Assembly: GCA_045659585.1 (NCBI GenBank)
Contig: JAZOXB010000027.1
Location: forward strand, 1-52,510
Origin: Faecousia sp.
GTDB lineage: Bacteria > Bacillota > Clostridia > Oscillospirales > Oscillospiraceae
Length of the DNA: 52,510 nt
Reading direction: 5' to 3'
Shown here: piece by piece, positions 37,019 to 46,247 of the stretch
How the letters are laid out: each line of letters opens with the position of its first letter
How positions within the stretch are numbered: the stretch's first letter is position 1
The notes under the pieces: generated by a model
Told to the model about the DNA's origin: nothing
Seen by the model: only the letters and a program-made list of their open reading frames with translations
Database searches by the model: none
Translations under genes and position numbers: made by a program

Positions 37019-40000
37019 ATGATGAAAAAAGCTTTATCCCTGATCCTCTGCCTCTCCATGATCCTGTCCATGATTGTTCTTCCTTCCTTCGCCGCAGAGA
37101 AAAAGGCCGATACCAAGGCCACCTATGCAGTACAGGAAGAGTTTGAGATCGTGGGTGACTGGGTATGGGGAGAAACCGTAGCTACCCTTGGTGCTGCAAA
37201 GATCGTTGATCGCAGTGCCAAGATGGGTGTTACGGATCTGTACATGCTGGCAAAGGGTACCGGCGGCAAGCTGAGTTACCTGAAGACCCAGTACAAAGAT
37301 GCTCTGAGCAGAACCGACCGTGACGTTCTACAGGAACTGATCACTGCCGCTCATGCAAAGGGGATCCGTGTTCATACTTGGCTGGTAACTGTTGAGGATG
37401 AATATTATAAGTCCAAGCATCCTGAAGCCGGTGTTTACCATTATGTCCGTGGGCGGGACAATAACCGTGTGAACCCCTATGATGCAGGCTATCGTACTTA
37501 TATGGCCAATATCGTTACGGAAATCGCTTCCGGTTACGATGTTGACGGCATCCATTTGGACTATATCCGCTATAATCACGTAGCAAACGGCTGGAGCGAA
37601 GAAGACTTTGCTCGCATTGCAGCTATGGGTGCTGATGTAGAACAGGTCAAGTACATGATCAACAAGACCTTCTATCAGGACAAGCTTCCCGCAGGGGATA
37701 CTGTAGATGAGAACTATCTGTTTGATGCCTACAGAAACGGTGATCCCACCGCTCTGCTCATCGGTCAGTACCGTCGGGATAACATTAACGACTTTGCAAA
37801 GATCCTCCGTGATGCCGCAAAGGCTGTGAATCCTGACATTCTCTTTACCGGCGCTCTTATGCCCGAAGGCGGCGTTACCTACGGCAAAGAAGATATTGCA
37901 TTCGGCGATCTCCATTATGGCCAGAACTATAAGGATGCAGCCGAGATCTATGATTATGTTTGCCCCATGGCATATTCCGCTTCCTATGAGGCTGAACCTC
38001 AGTGGATGGCTGACATTGCAACATACTGCGTAGAAAATGGTGTTGATGTGGTTATGGGTCTGCAGTCCTTCAGCCCCCTGACTACCACTCGTCTCATGGC
38101 TGATATCGAAGCAGTTCGCGCCCTTCTTCCCATGGAAGGCGTTCTGGGTATTGCACACTTCCGCCACACCCAGTTCAGCTATGCAAAGACTAACTATAAC
38201 TACAATACCGGAACCATGGATATCGAGTATATCAATGCATCCGAATCCAGCGGTGTGAAGCGAATTGAAATCGACGTCCCCGCAGGTATGAAGATTACCA
38301 AGGCTTCTGTAGTCAGTGGATTTAAGTCTTCTGCTCCTGTCTCTGTTTCTTCTAACGGTCAGACTGTAACTATCGGCTATGCAAACTCTTCTTCCAGCAC
38401 GGTACTGAGTGCTCTGGGCGAAGGAAAGCTCCGTGTACAGTTTACCGGCAGACCTACAGATGCATCCGTTCGTGCTTCTCTTGTTCGTGCCATCATCGGC
38501 ACAGCTGAGACCCGTGTCTATAATGTCTATGAAGATCAGACCAACTTTAAGGTCAGCTTTGTAGACCATGACGGTACTGTTTTGGCTACTAAGACTGTTG
38601 TTCCCGGTGGCTCTGTAGAAGCTCCCTCTGAGCCTCTCCGCTATGGCTATGTCTTTACCGGTTGGGATAAGGAATTTGACGTTGTTAACAGCGATCTGAC
38701 TGTTACTGCTCAGTATGAAAAGATTCAGGTTGCCGGCGAATTTGAGATCGTTGGCGACTGGGTATGGGGCGAAGATGTCTATAATTTGGGCGCAAAGACC
38801 GTTGTGGATCGTAGCGTAAAGTATGGCGTTACCGATCTGTACATGCTGGCGAAGGGTACCGGTGGTAAGCTGAGCTATCTGAAGACCCAGTATACCGATG
38901 CTCGTGCAAGAACCGACCGTGACGTTCTCCAAGAACTGATCACCGAGGCTCACAAGCAGGGAATCCGTGTTCATACTTGGCTGGTTACCGTAGAGGATGC
39001 TTACTATAAGTCCAAGCACCCCGAAGCAGGTGTCTACCACTATGTACGCGGTACCGACAATGACCGTATTAACCCCTACGATGCAGGCTATCGGACATAC
39101 ATGAGCAACATTGTTAAGGAAATTGTTACCGGATACGATGTTGACGGTGTCCATCTGGACTATATTCGCTACAACCATCTGGCAAACGGTTGGGGTGAGC
39201 AGGACTTCGCAAGAATTGCCGCTATGGGTGCCGATGTAGAACAGGTCAAGTACATGATCAACAAGACCTTCTACCAGGATCAGCTTCCCGAAGGTGATAT
39301 CATGGACGACAGATACATCTTCAATGCATACAAGAACGGTGATCCCACCGCTCTGCTGATTGCACAGTACCGTCGCGACAACATCAACGACTTTGCAAAG
39401 CTCCTCCGTGACACTGCAAAGGCCGCTGATCCCGACATCATCTTCACCGGCGCTCTCATGCCCGAAGGTGGCGTGACCTATGGTACCGAGGACATTTCCT
39501 TCGGCGATCTCCACTATGGTCAGAACTATACCGATGCCGCTGAGATCTACGACTATATCTGCCCCATGGCTTACTCCAATTCTTATGAAGCAGAGCCTCA
39601 GTGGATGGCTGATATCGCCGAGTACTCTGTAAAGGTTGGCAACAAGGTCGTTATGGGCCTGCAGTCCTTCTACCCCCTGACTTCCGTCAATCTGATGGGT
39701 GACATCAATGCCGTTCGCGGACTCCTTCCCATGGAAGGCGTTCTGGGTATTGCTCACTTCCGTCATTCTCAGTTCAGCTACTCCAAGGCTGTATATGACT
39801 ACAACACCGGCAAGATGGACATTGACTTCCTCAATGCTTCCTCTGCAGGTGGTTGCCAGTGGCTTATTGTGGAAGTGCCCGAAGGTATGAAGATCACCAA
39901 GGCTACTTTGGGATCCGGCTTTACTTCCGGCGCTCCTGTTTCCATTGCATCTGATGGTCGTTCTGTGAAGTTCGGCTATGCCGATGGTGCTTCCAATACC

Positions 40001-42931
40001 GTTATCGGTGCATTGAAGTCCGGCAAGCTGACCATCAACTTTACCGGTAAGCCTGTTGATGAAAAGGCAAGACCCTCTCTGGTTCGTATTTACATCACCT
40101 CCAACGAGAGCCGTGTATATAACACCTACGAGGACCATACCCAGTACACCGTAACCTTTAAGGATTCCGACGGCACCGTTCTTGCAAGCAAGAAGACCTA
40201 TGCCGGCGGCACCGTTCGGGCTCCCGAGGCTCCCGCTAAGGAAGGTTGCACCTTCGCCGGTTGGGACAAGAGCTTCGACGCAGTTACCGAGAACATCACC
40301 GTTACCGCTACCTATGTTGCTCTGGGCTCCAAGGAGTTCGAGATCGTAGGCGAATGGGTATGGGGCGAAGATATTTACAACCTGGGCGCAGAGACCGTTA
40401 TCGGTCGTGCTGTACAGAATGGTGTTACCGACCTGTATCTCCTGGTTAAGGGTACCGGCGGTAAGCTCAGCTTCCTCAACACCCGTTATACCGAGGCTCT
40501 GTCCAGAACCGATCGTGACGTTCTGCAGGAGTGCTTAGATGTTGCTCATGCCGCTAACATCCGTGTCCATGCTTGGATCGTTACCGTAGAGGACAGCAAC
40601 TATAAGGCCAATAACCCCGAAGCAGGTATGTATCACTACATCCGCGCCAGAGACAATGACCGCATCAATCCGTATGACGAAGGCTATCGTACCTATATGT
40701 CCAACCTGATCACCGATCTGGTTTCCAACTATGACATCGACGGTCTCCATCTGGACTACATCCGCTACAACCACCTGTGTAACGGTTGGAGTGAAGTGGA
40801 CTTTGCAAACCTGGCTGCAATGGGTGCCGATGTTGACAATGTTAAGTACATGATCGACAAGACCTTCTATGCAGACCGTCTCCCTGCAGGAGAATCTGTA
40901 GATGCAAACTACATCTTTAAGCTCCTTGCTAACGGCGATAAGGATGCAACTCTGGTGGCTCAGTACCGTCGTAACAACATCGTTGACTTTGCAGAGCTTC
41001 TCGTAAACACTGCAAAGGCAATTAATCCCAACCTGATTTTCTCTGCCGCTGTTATGCCCGAAGGTGGCGTTGTTGGTGGTAGTGCAGGCAGTGCAAATAC
41101 CGGATTTGGCGACCTCCACTACGGTCAGAACTATACCGATGCCGCAGGCATCTATGACTACATCGCTCCCATGGCTTATACTGCAAGCTATGGTACCGGC
41201 CCTGCATGGTTCGCAGGTATTGCAAAGTATGCTGTAGAGGTTGGTAACGGTGTCGTTATGGGCACTCAGTCCTACTATCCCTCTGTTTCTGCAGACCTCA
41301 TGGCTGAAATCGAAGCAACTCGCGCACTCCTTCCCATGGAAGGTGTTCTTGGTATCGTACACTTCCGCCACAGCCAGTTCAGCTATGTAAACTTTGCAAC
41401 TGACATGGCAGCAGGTGAGATCGATGTACATGCTATCAACACCTATGCTAACGGCGGTGCTAACTGGCTCCGTATCGAGGCAGCTCAGGGTGTGACCTTC
41501 ACCGGTGCAGAGTATATCAATGGCTTCAACGCTGAGGCTCCCATTGAGATCGCTCCCGACGGAAGCTACATCCTCTTCGGTTACTCCGATATTTCCGGTA
41601 CTGTTCTGCCTGCTCTGTCCGAGGGCGATCTGCGGATCACCTTTACCGGAAAGCCTGTAGATCCCAATGGCAGAATCGCCATCGGTCGTATCTACATCGT
41701 TTCCAACGAGAGCCGTGCATACAGCTCCTACTCCGAGCGCTGCGATCATGCTTGGGGAACCGCTGTTGAGGCTCTTGAAGCAACCTGCACCCGTAACGGC
41801 GCATTGGTATCCTCCTGCGGTCTGTGCGGTGAGTATAAAGTTGAAGCTATCGAAGCTACCGGTCATACCGAAATCTATACCTATTATGACGCAGAATGCC
41901 ATACCGTCACCTGTGCAAATTGCAATATGAATGAGCTTCAGGTTCACGAGTTTATCAATGGTGTCTGCATCTGCGGCGAAGAAGACAAGGTTCTTGCAGA
42001 TGCTAGCCTGAAGATCGGTCATACCCTGAATCTGGCAAGCGATATTTCCGTAAACTATGCAATCTCCATGTCTCTCCTGGGAGCATATGATCTGGATACT
42101 GCATATCTGGAAGTTGAAGTTGACAAGTACGAAGGAAATACCAAGGTCGGTTGCGATGTTTACCGTCTGACCGGTGAAGAAAACAACGGCTATTACTACT
42201 TCACCTTGAACGGTTTGACTGCTGTACACATGAACAACGAGCTCCGTGCTGTATTCTATGGACGCAAGGACGGACGGAATTACAGTTCTGCAGTAGATAT
42301 CTATTCTATTGCAAAGTATGCATATTCTCAGCTTGATAAGAGCAATGCAAGTGAATCTCTGAAGGCTCTGTGTGCCGAGCTTCTCCGCTACGGTGCAAAG
42401 GCTCAGGATTACAAGGGCTATCGTACCGATGCATTTGCCGATGCTAAGATGACTGCAACCCATAAGAGCTATTTAAGCGATCTGAGCACCGTTACCTTCG
42501 GTAATACTTCTCTGGAGCTGGGCTTTGATCCCAATCCCGCTGTCGTTTGGGTAGGTAAGGCTCTGGATCTGAACTCCAAGGTTGGTATCCGCTATATCGT
42601 TGATCTGAGCAACTACACCGGTGATATTGCCGATCTGACTCTCCGTGTATCCTATACCGATATTTACGGTGTATATCGTACTGTTGTTGTAGGTGCACCT
42701 GAGCTGTATCGTGCATCCGATAATCTGTACGCATTTACCTTCAGTGGCTTACTGGCTGCTGAGCTCCGTACTGAAGTTACCGCAACCGTATTTGTGAAGG
42801 ATAGTGCTGTATCCAACGACCTGATCTACTGTGCCGATACCTATGGCAACGGCAAGACCGGCAAGCTGGGCGACGTATGTAAGGCACTCTTTGCCTACAG
42901 CGACAGTGCTAAGGCTTTCTTTGCAAAGTAA
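37019..42931 (+). CDS. 1970-aa secreted protein: three GHL10/DUF187-like glycoside hydrolase modules, InlB-B-type repeats, a Cys/His linker and a duplicated C-terminal module
   Basis: Signal peptide; three copies of IRVH.W...DG.HLDYIRY...PMAY; V.F.D.DG...GY.F.GWDK-type repeats between modules. Confidence 0.85.
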   Translation: MMKKALSLILCLSMILSMIVLPSFAAEKKADTKATYAVQEEFEIVGDWVWGETVATLGAAKIVDRSAKMGVTDLYMLAKGTGGKLSYLKTQYKDALSRTDRDVLQELITAAHAKGIRVHTWLVTVEDEYYKSKHPEAGVYHYVRGRDNNRVNPYDAGYRTYMANIVTEIASGYDVDGIHLDYIRYNHVANGWSEEDFARIAAMGADVEQVKYMINKTFYQDKLPAGDTVDENYLFDAYRNGDPTALLIGQYRRDNINDFAKILRDAAKAVNPDILFTGALMPEGGVTYGKEDIAFGDLHYGQNYKDAAEIYDYVCPMAYSASYEAEPQWMADIATYCVENGVDVVMGLQSFSPLTTTRLMADIEAVRALLPMEGVLGIAHFRHTQFSYAKTNYNYNTGTMDIEYINASESSGVKRIEIDVPAGMKITKASVVSGFKSSAPVSVSSNGQTVTIGYANSSSSTVLSALGEGKLRVQFTGRPTDASVRASLVRAIIGTAETRVYNVYEDQTNFKVSFVDHDGTVLATKTVVPGGSVEAPSEPLRYGYVFTGWDKEFDVVNSDLTVTAQYEKIQVAGEFEIVGDWVWGEDVYNLGAKTVVDRSVKYGVTDLYMLAKGTGGKLSYLKTQYTDARARTDRDVLQELITEAHKQGIRVHTWLVTVEDAYYKSKHPEAGVYHYVRGTDNDRINPYDAGYRTYMSNIVKEIVTGYDVDGVHLDYIRYNHLANGWGEQDFARIAAMGADVEQVKYMINKTFYQDQLPEGDIMDDRYIFNAYKNGDPTALLIAQYRRDNINDFAKLLRDTAKAADPDIIFTGALMPEGGVTYGTEDISFGDLHYGQNYTDAAEIYDYICPMAYSNSYEAEPQWMADIAEYSVKVGNKVVMGLQSFYPLTSVNLMGDINAVRGLLPMEGVLGIAHFRHSQFSYSKAVYDYNTGKMDIDFLNASSAGGCQWLIVEVPEGMKITKATLGSGFTSGAPVSIASDGRSVKFGYADGASNTVIGALKSGKLTINFTGKPVDEKARPSLVRIYITSNESRVYNTYEDHTQYTVTFKDSDGTVLASKKTYAGGTVRAPEAPAKEGCTFAGWDKSFDAVTENITVTATYVALGSKEFEIVGEWVWGEDIYNLGAETVIGRAVQNGVTDLYLLVKGTGGKLSFLNTRYTEALSRTDRDVLQECLDVAHAANIRVHAWIVTVEDSNYKANNPEAGMYHYIRARDNDRINPYDEGYRTYMSNLITDLVSNYDIDGLHLDYIRYNHLCNGWSEVDFANLAAMGADVDNVKYMIDKTFYADRLPAGESVDANYIFKLLANGDKDATLVAQYRRNNIVDFAELLVNTAKAINPNLIFSAAVMPEGGVVGGSAGSANTGFGDLHYGQNYTDAAGIYDYIAPMAYTASYGTGPAWFAGIAKYAVEVGNGVVMGTQSYYPSVSADLMAEIEATRALLPMEGVLGIVHFRHSQFSYVNFATDMAAGEIDVHAINTYANGGANWLRIEAAQGVTFTGAEYINGFNAEAPIEIAPDGSYILFGYSDISGTVLPALSEGDLRITFTGKPVDPNGRIAIGRIYIVSNESRAYSSYSERCDHAWGTAVEALEATCTRNGALVSSCGLCGEYKVEAIEATGHTEIYTYYDAECHTVTCANCNMNELQVHEFINGVCICGEEDKVLADASLKIGHTLNLASDISVNYAISMSLLGAYDLDTAYLEVEVDKYEGNTKVGCDVYRLTGEENNGYYYFTLNGLTAVHMNNELRAVFYGRKDGRNYSSAVDIYSIAKYAYSQLDKSNASESLKALCAELLRYGAKAQDYKGYRTDAFADAKMTATHKSYLSDLSTVTFGNTSLELGFDPNPAVVWVGKALDLNSKVGIRYIVDLSNYTGDIADLTLRVSYTDIYGVYRTVVVGAPELYRASDNLYAFTFSGLLAAELRTEVTATVFVKDSAVSNDLIYCADTYGNGKTGKLGDVCKALFAYSDSAKAFFAK
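37139..41740 (+). repeat. Three tandem ~1.6-kb intragenic repeats
   Basis: EFEIVG(D/E)WVWGE starts at 37139, 38738 and 40334 (periods 1599 and 1596 nt). Confidence 0.92.
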
Positions 42932-42968
42932 AGTTTAGGCTCAATAGTATCCCGTAGTATAAAAGAAG

Positions 42969-43012
42969 CCGCTTCCCCGAAGAGTGACCTTTGGGGGAGC
43001 GGTGGATTTTTT
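42969..43012 (+). terminator. Intrinsic terminator
   Basis: CCGCTTCCCCGAAG / CTTTGGGGGAGCGG stem (with G-U pairs) followed by a T tract. Confidence 0.65.
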
Positions 43013-43089
43013 ATAAGTTCCCATTGCTTTTCTTGGGGAAATCGTATATAATAAGATTCGATATGTATTATGAAGGAGGTGCAGGATGG

Positions 43090-44703
43090 ATGGAAGGCTA
43101 TCAGGCTCTATATCGGAAATACAGACCACAGACTTTTGACGATGTGGTGGGGCAGTACAGTGTTACCCAAACCCTTAAAAATCAGCTTATGAATGGCCGC
43201 TTGAGCCATGCTTATCTTTTCACCGGTACCCGCGGTACAGGTAAGACCACCTGTGCCAAGATCTTATCCAAAGCAGTTAATTGCTTGGAACCTATTGACG
43301 GTAATCCCTGCAATCATTGCAGTGCTTGCCGCAGTATCGATTCCGGTGCCTGCGTGGATGTTCTGGAGATCGACGCCGCTTCCAATAATGGTGTTGATAA
43401 TGTCCGTGGCTTGCGTGACGACGCCATCTATCTCCCGGCTGAGGTCAAAAAGCGTGTGTATATCATAGACGAGGTTCATATGCTGTCTATGAGTGCCTTT
43501 AATGCACTTCTGAAAATCATCGAAGAGCCACCGGAACACCTGGTGTTTATTCTTGCTACAACCGAACTCCATAAGGTTCCTGCTACCATCCTGTCTCGTT
43601 GTCAGCGTTTTTCCTTCCGTCGGATCCTGCCGGAGGATATCGTTGAACGATTGAACTATATTGCTTATCGAGAGCATATCGATCTGGAGCCCGAGGCTTC
43701 GGCCTTTTTGGCAAGATTGGCAGATGGTGGACTTCGTGATGCTGTCAGTTTGTTGGATCAGTGTGCATCTGCGGCGGCTTCTGCAGTTACGGCAGATGAG
43801 GTCTGTCGGATCCTGGGATTGGCAGGTACAAGACAAACCGCACAGATCTTACGGGCTATAGCGGCACATGATACGGCAACTACTCTGGATCTGTTCCAGC
43901 AACAATATGCCGAGGGTAAGGATTTGACTGCGATGCTGGATGAACTGTGTGTAGTATCCAGAGACCTTTTGATCCTTCGTAGTATACCAAAGAGCGGATC
44001 GTCTCTGATCTCCGGTGTTTGTACTCAGCAGGAACTTAAGGAATTGCTTCCTCTCTTCGCTCCCGGAGAGCTTCTCCGCATGACAGAGATCCTTCGGGAT
44101 ACGGTCAATGGTTTTAATACCAGTGCCAACAGAAGGATCGATGCAGAGCTGTGTTTAATCCGTCTGTGTGAGCCCGAGGCAGAAATGGATGCACAAGCAC
44201 TGAATGCAAGGATCACCCGTTTGGAAAATAAAATTGCCTCCGGATTGGTCGCCATGGTGCAGAGTGCTCCTGCCTCTGAGGAAACCGGGGAAGAGGAGAG
44301 ACCTCCGATCCCCACAGATCCTCCACCGGAAAAGGAGAATCAAGCTCCTGCACCTTGCGACGAGGCTCCTGTGGGCTTCTGGCCACGGCTTGTGGAGCAG
44401 GTAAGACCTATGCTCCGTCCTCCGGCTCTTGCAATGTTTGTAGTCAGTGAGGATGCTCCCGTTGTCGGCAAGCTGAGTAATGGAATTTTGTATCTGGAGC
44501 CACGGGCTCTGATCGCAGAAAAGCTGATTGCAAGACAGGATGTTCTTCAAATTGTTCGGGAGTGTGCATCCGGAATTTTGGGAAGGCCTACTCAAGTACG
44601 GGTAGGGAAAGTGGGAGACGGAGATGTTCCCAATAATGAAAACTTTGATAAATTGGTTCATTTCGGACAAACCCACGGCGAAACAGTGGATGTGATTGAA
44701 TAA
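43090..44703 (+). CDS. dnaX: DNA polymerase III subunit gamma/tau
   Basis: [37 protein letters not shown] and SRCQ motifs; AAGGAGGT RBS. Confidence 0.97.
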   Translation: MEGYQALYRKYRPQTFDDVVGQYSVTQTLKNQLMNGRLSHAYLFTGTRGTGKTTCAKILSKAVNCLEPIDGNPCNHCSACRSIDSGACVDVLEIDAASNNGVDNVRGLRDDAIYLPAEVKKRVYIIDEVHMLSMSAFNALLKIIEEPPEHLVFILATTELHKVPATILSRCQRFSFRRILPEDIVERLNYIAYREHIDLEPEASAFLARLADGGLRDAVSLLDQCASAAASAVTADEVCRILGLAGTRQTAQILRAIAAHDTATTLDLFQQQYAEGKDLTAMLDELCVVSRDLLILRSIPKSGSSLISGVCTQQELKELLPLFAPGELLRMTEILRDTVNGFNTSANRRIDAELCLIRLCEPEAEMDAQALNARITRLENKIASGLVAMVQSAPASEETGEEERPPIPTDPPPEKENQAPAPCDEAPVGFWPRLVEQVRPMLRPPALAMFVVSEDAPVVGKLSNGILYLEPRALIAEKLIARQDVLQIVRECASGILGRPTQVRVGKVGDGDVPNNENFDKLVHFGQTHGETVDVIE

Positions 44704-44771
44704 AGGCGCATTCGATTCCTTTTACTTTCAATTTTAAATTCAAAATCTATAATTTTAAAGGAGATAATAAA

Positions 44772-45116
44772 ATGGCAAAAGGCGGATTCCGTCCCGGTAT
44801 GGGCGGCGGTATGAACATGAACATGATCAAGCAGGCTCAGAAGATGCAACAGGACATGCTGAGAATGCAGGAAGAACTGGAAAACAAGGAATATGAAGCT
44901 TCCACCGGTGGCGGCGTTGTAACTGCCCGTGTTAACGGCAAGCATGAAGTTCTGAATCTGACCATCGCTCCCGAAGCAGTGGATCCCGATGATGTGGAAA
45001 TGCTCCAGGATATGATCGTCGGTGCAGTCAACGAGGCTATGCGGAAGGCAGATGCAGAGGCTACCCAGAATATGTCTAAGTTTACCGGCGGCCTGAATCT
45101 GAATGGCCTGTTCTAA
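44772..45116 (+). CDS. YbaB/EbfC nucleoid-associated protein
   Basis: KQAQKMQ, GGGVV and [10 protein letters not shown] motifs; lies between dnaX and recR. Confidence 0.95.
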   Translation: MAKGGFRPGMGGGMNMNMIKQAQKMQQDMLRMQEELENKEYEASTGGGVVTARVNGKHEVLNLTIAPEAVDPDDVEMLQDMIVGAVNEAMRKADAEATQNMSKFTGGLNLNGLF

Positions 45117-45122
45117 GGAGCT

Positions 45123-45722
45123 ATGAGAGTTTTTCCGGTTGCTTTAGAGAAGCTGACGGAGCAGTTTGCAAGACTTCCCGGGGTAGGTGGGAAAACAGCT
45201 CAGCGATTGGCATTCCATATTCTCAGCTTGCCTAAGGAACAGGCAGAAGAATTTGCCGCATCCATTGTGGAAGCAAAAGAGAAAGTCCATCTGTGTCCTA
45301 TTTGCCAGAACTTGACGGATCGTGAAGTTTGTCCCATCTGTGAAGATGCAGGGAGAGAACGGGATGTCATCTGCGTGGTGGCAGAGCCTAAGGATGTGAT
45401 CGCTATGGAACGAGCCAGAGAGTACAACGGCTTGTACCATGTTCTCCATGGTGTGATCTCACCTCTAAACCGTGTTGGTCCCGATGATATCCGCGTGCGG
45501 GAACTTCTGACCCGAATCGGACGGGGGGATGTTCGTGAAGTCATTATGGCAACGAATCCCGATACAGAGGGTGAAGCTACTGCGATGTACATTTCTCGTT
45601 TGCTTCGTCCTATGGAGGTACGCGTGACCCGTTTGGCATACGGGATCCCGGTAGGAAGTCAGCTTGAATTTGCCGATGAGGTGACCCTCCTTCGTGCATT
45701 GCAAGGCCGCAGAGACATCTGA
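45123..45722 (+). CDS. recR: Recombination mediator RecR
   Basis: LPGVGGKTAQRLAF, CPIC...CPIC zinc finger, Toprim ATNPDTEGEAT. Confidence 0.97.
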   Translation: MRVFPVALEKLTEQFARLPGVGGKTAQRLAFHILSLPKEQAEEFAASIVEAKEKVHLCPICQNLTDREVCPICEDAGRERDVICVVAEPKDVIAMERAREYNGLYHVLHGVISPLNRVGPDDIRVRELLTRIGRGDVREVIMATNPDTEGEATAMYISRLLRPMEVRVTRLAYGIPVGSQLEFADEVTLLRALQGRRDI

Positions 45723-45769
45723 TAAGTCTCTGATTTTATATTGGATCCCTTTGACTAAGGAAGCGTTTT

Positions 45770-45818
45770 CGGACTCTGTTGTAAAAATTGCTTTTACGAC
45801 AGAGTCCGTTCTTTTTTT
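45770..45818 (+). terminator. Intrinsic terminator after recR
   Basis: CGGACTCTGTTGTAAAA / TTTTACGACAGAGTCCG stem followed by a T tract. Confidence 0.8.
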
Positions 45819-45830
45819 GCAAAAAAAAGA

Positions 45831-45898
45831 TTGCGAATTCATGATTTTTGTAGTATGATATAATGTAGGACACCATATGCCCTGTCTTGACATACAAT
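45831..45898 (+). promoter_or_regulatory. Tandem candidate promoters: SigA-like and SigK-like
   Basis: TTGCGA-17 nt-TATGAT at 45831-45859 and cACc-16 nt-CATACAAT at 45871-45898. Confidence 0.45.
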
Positions 45899-45914
45899 GG
45901 CATGAGGTGGTGTT

Positions 45915-46247
45915 ATGCTAATACAGTTTTTTGCGGTGCTTTTGGGTTTGTGTGGCTTGGGATTGATCCTGTGCGGGTTGCTGGAAACCATATGCTTCTC
46001 AGGCTTGATTGATGTGTACCATGTGATTCCCTTGACCGGGGATGCTTCCTATGTGGAAGATCGAGTACGTAAGGCTCTTCATACCCTTAAGGGACAGCTG
46101 TATTTTGTAGATCTTGGTTTGGATGCGGAAGGACAGATGACTGTGGAGCTACTGCTCAGAGGTCGTAGCTATGCCAAGCTATGTGCACCGGAGCAGATAT
46201 GCGAGGAATTAAGATGGGAGAACAATGTTGGAACAGGAATTGATTAG
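45915..46247 (+). CDS. Small hypothetical membrane-anchored protein
   Basis: GAGGTGG RBS, N-terminal hydrophobic helix, overlaps the recD2 start. Confidence 0.65.
   Translation: MLIQFFAVLLGLCGLGLILCGLLETICFSGLIDVYHVIPLTGDASYVEDRVRKALHTLKGQLYFVDLGLDAEGQMTVELLLRGRSYAKLCAPEQICEELRWENNVGTGID

Noticed and set aside
37328-42463. Very long antisense ORFs (936 aa and 642 aa)
   Set aside because: They mirror the strongly codon-biased 1970-aa gene, show no recognisable motifs, and are best explained as shadow ORFs
42932-43089. SRP RNA (ffs/scr), often found upstream of dnaX in Firmicutes
   Set aside because: No SRP domain IV motif is visible; the hairpin present fits a terminator
43090-44703. Programmed -1 frameshift in dnaX
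   Set aside because: I saw no A AAA AAG slippery site or long A run with a downstream stem at the expected position
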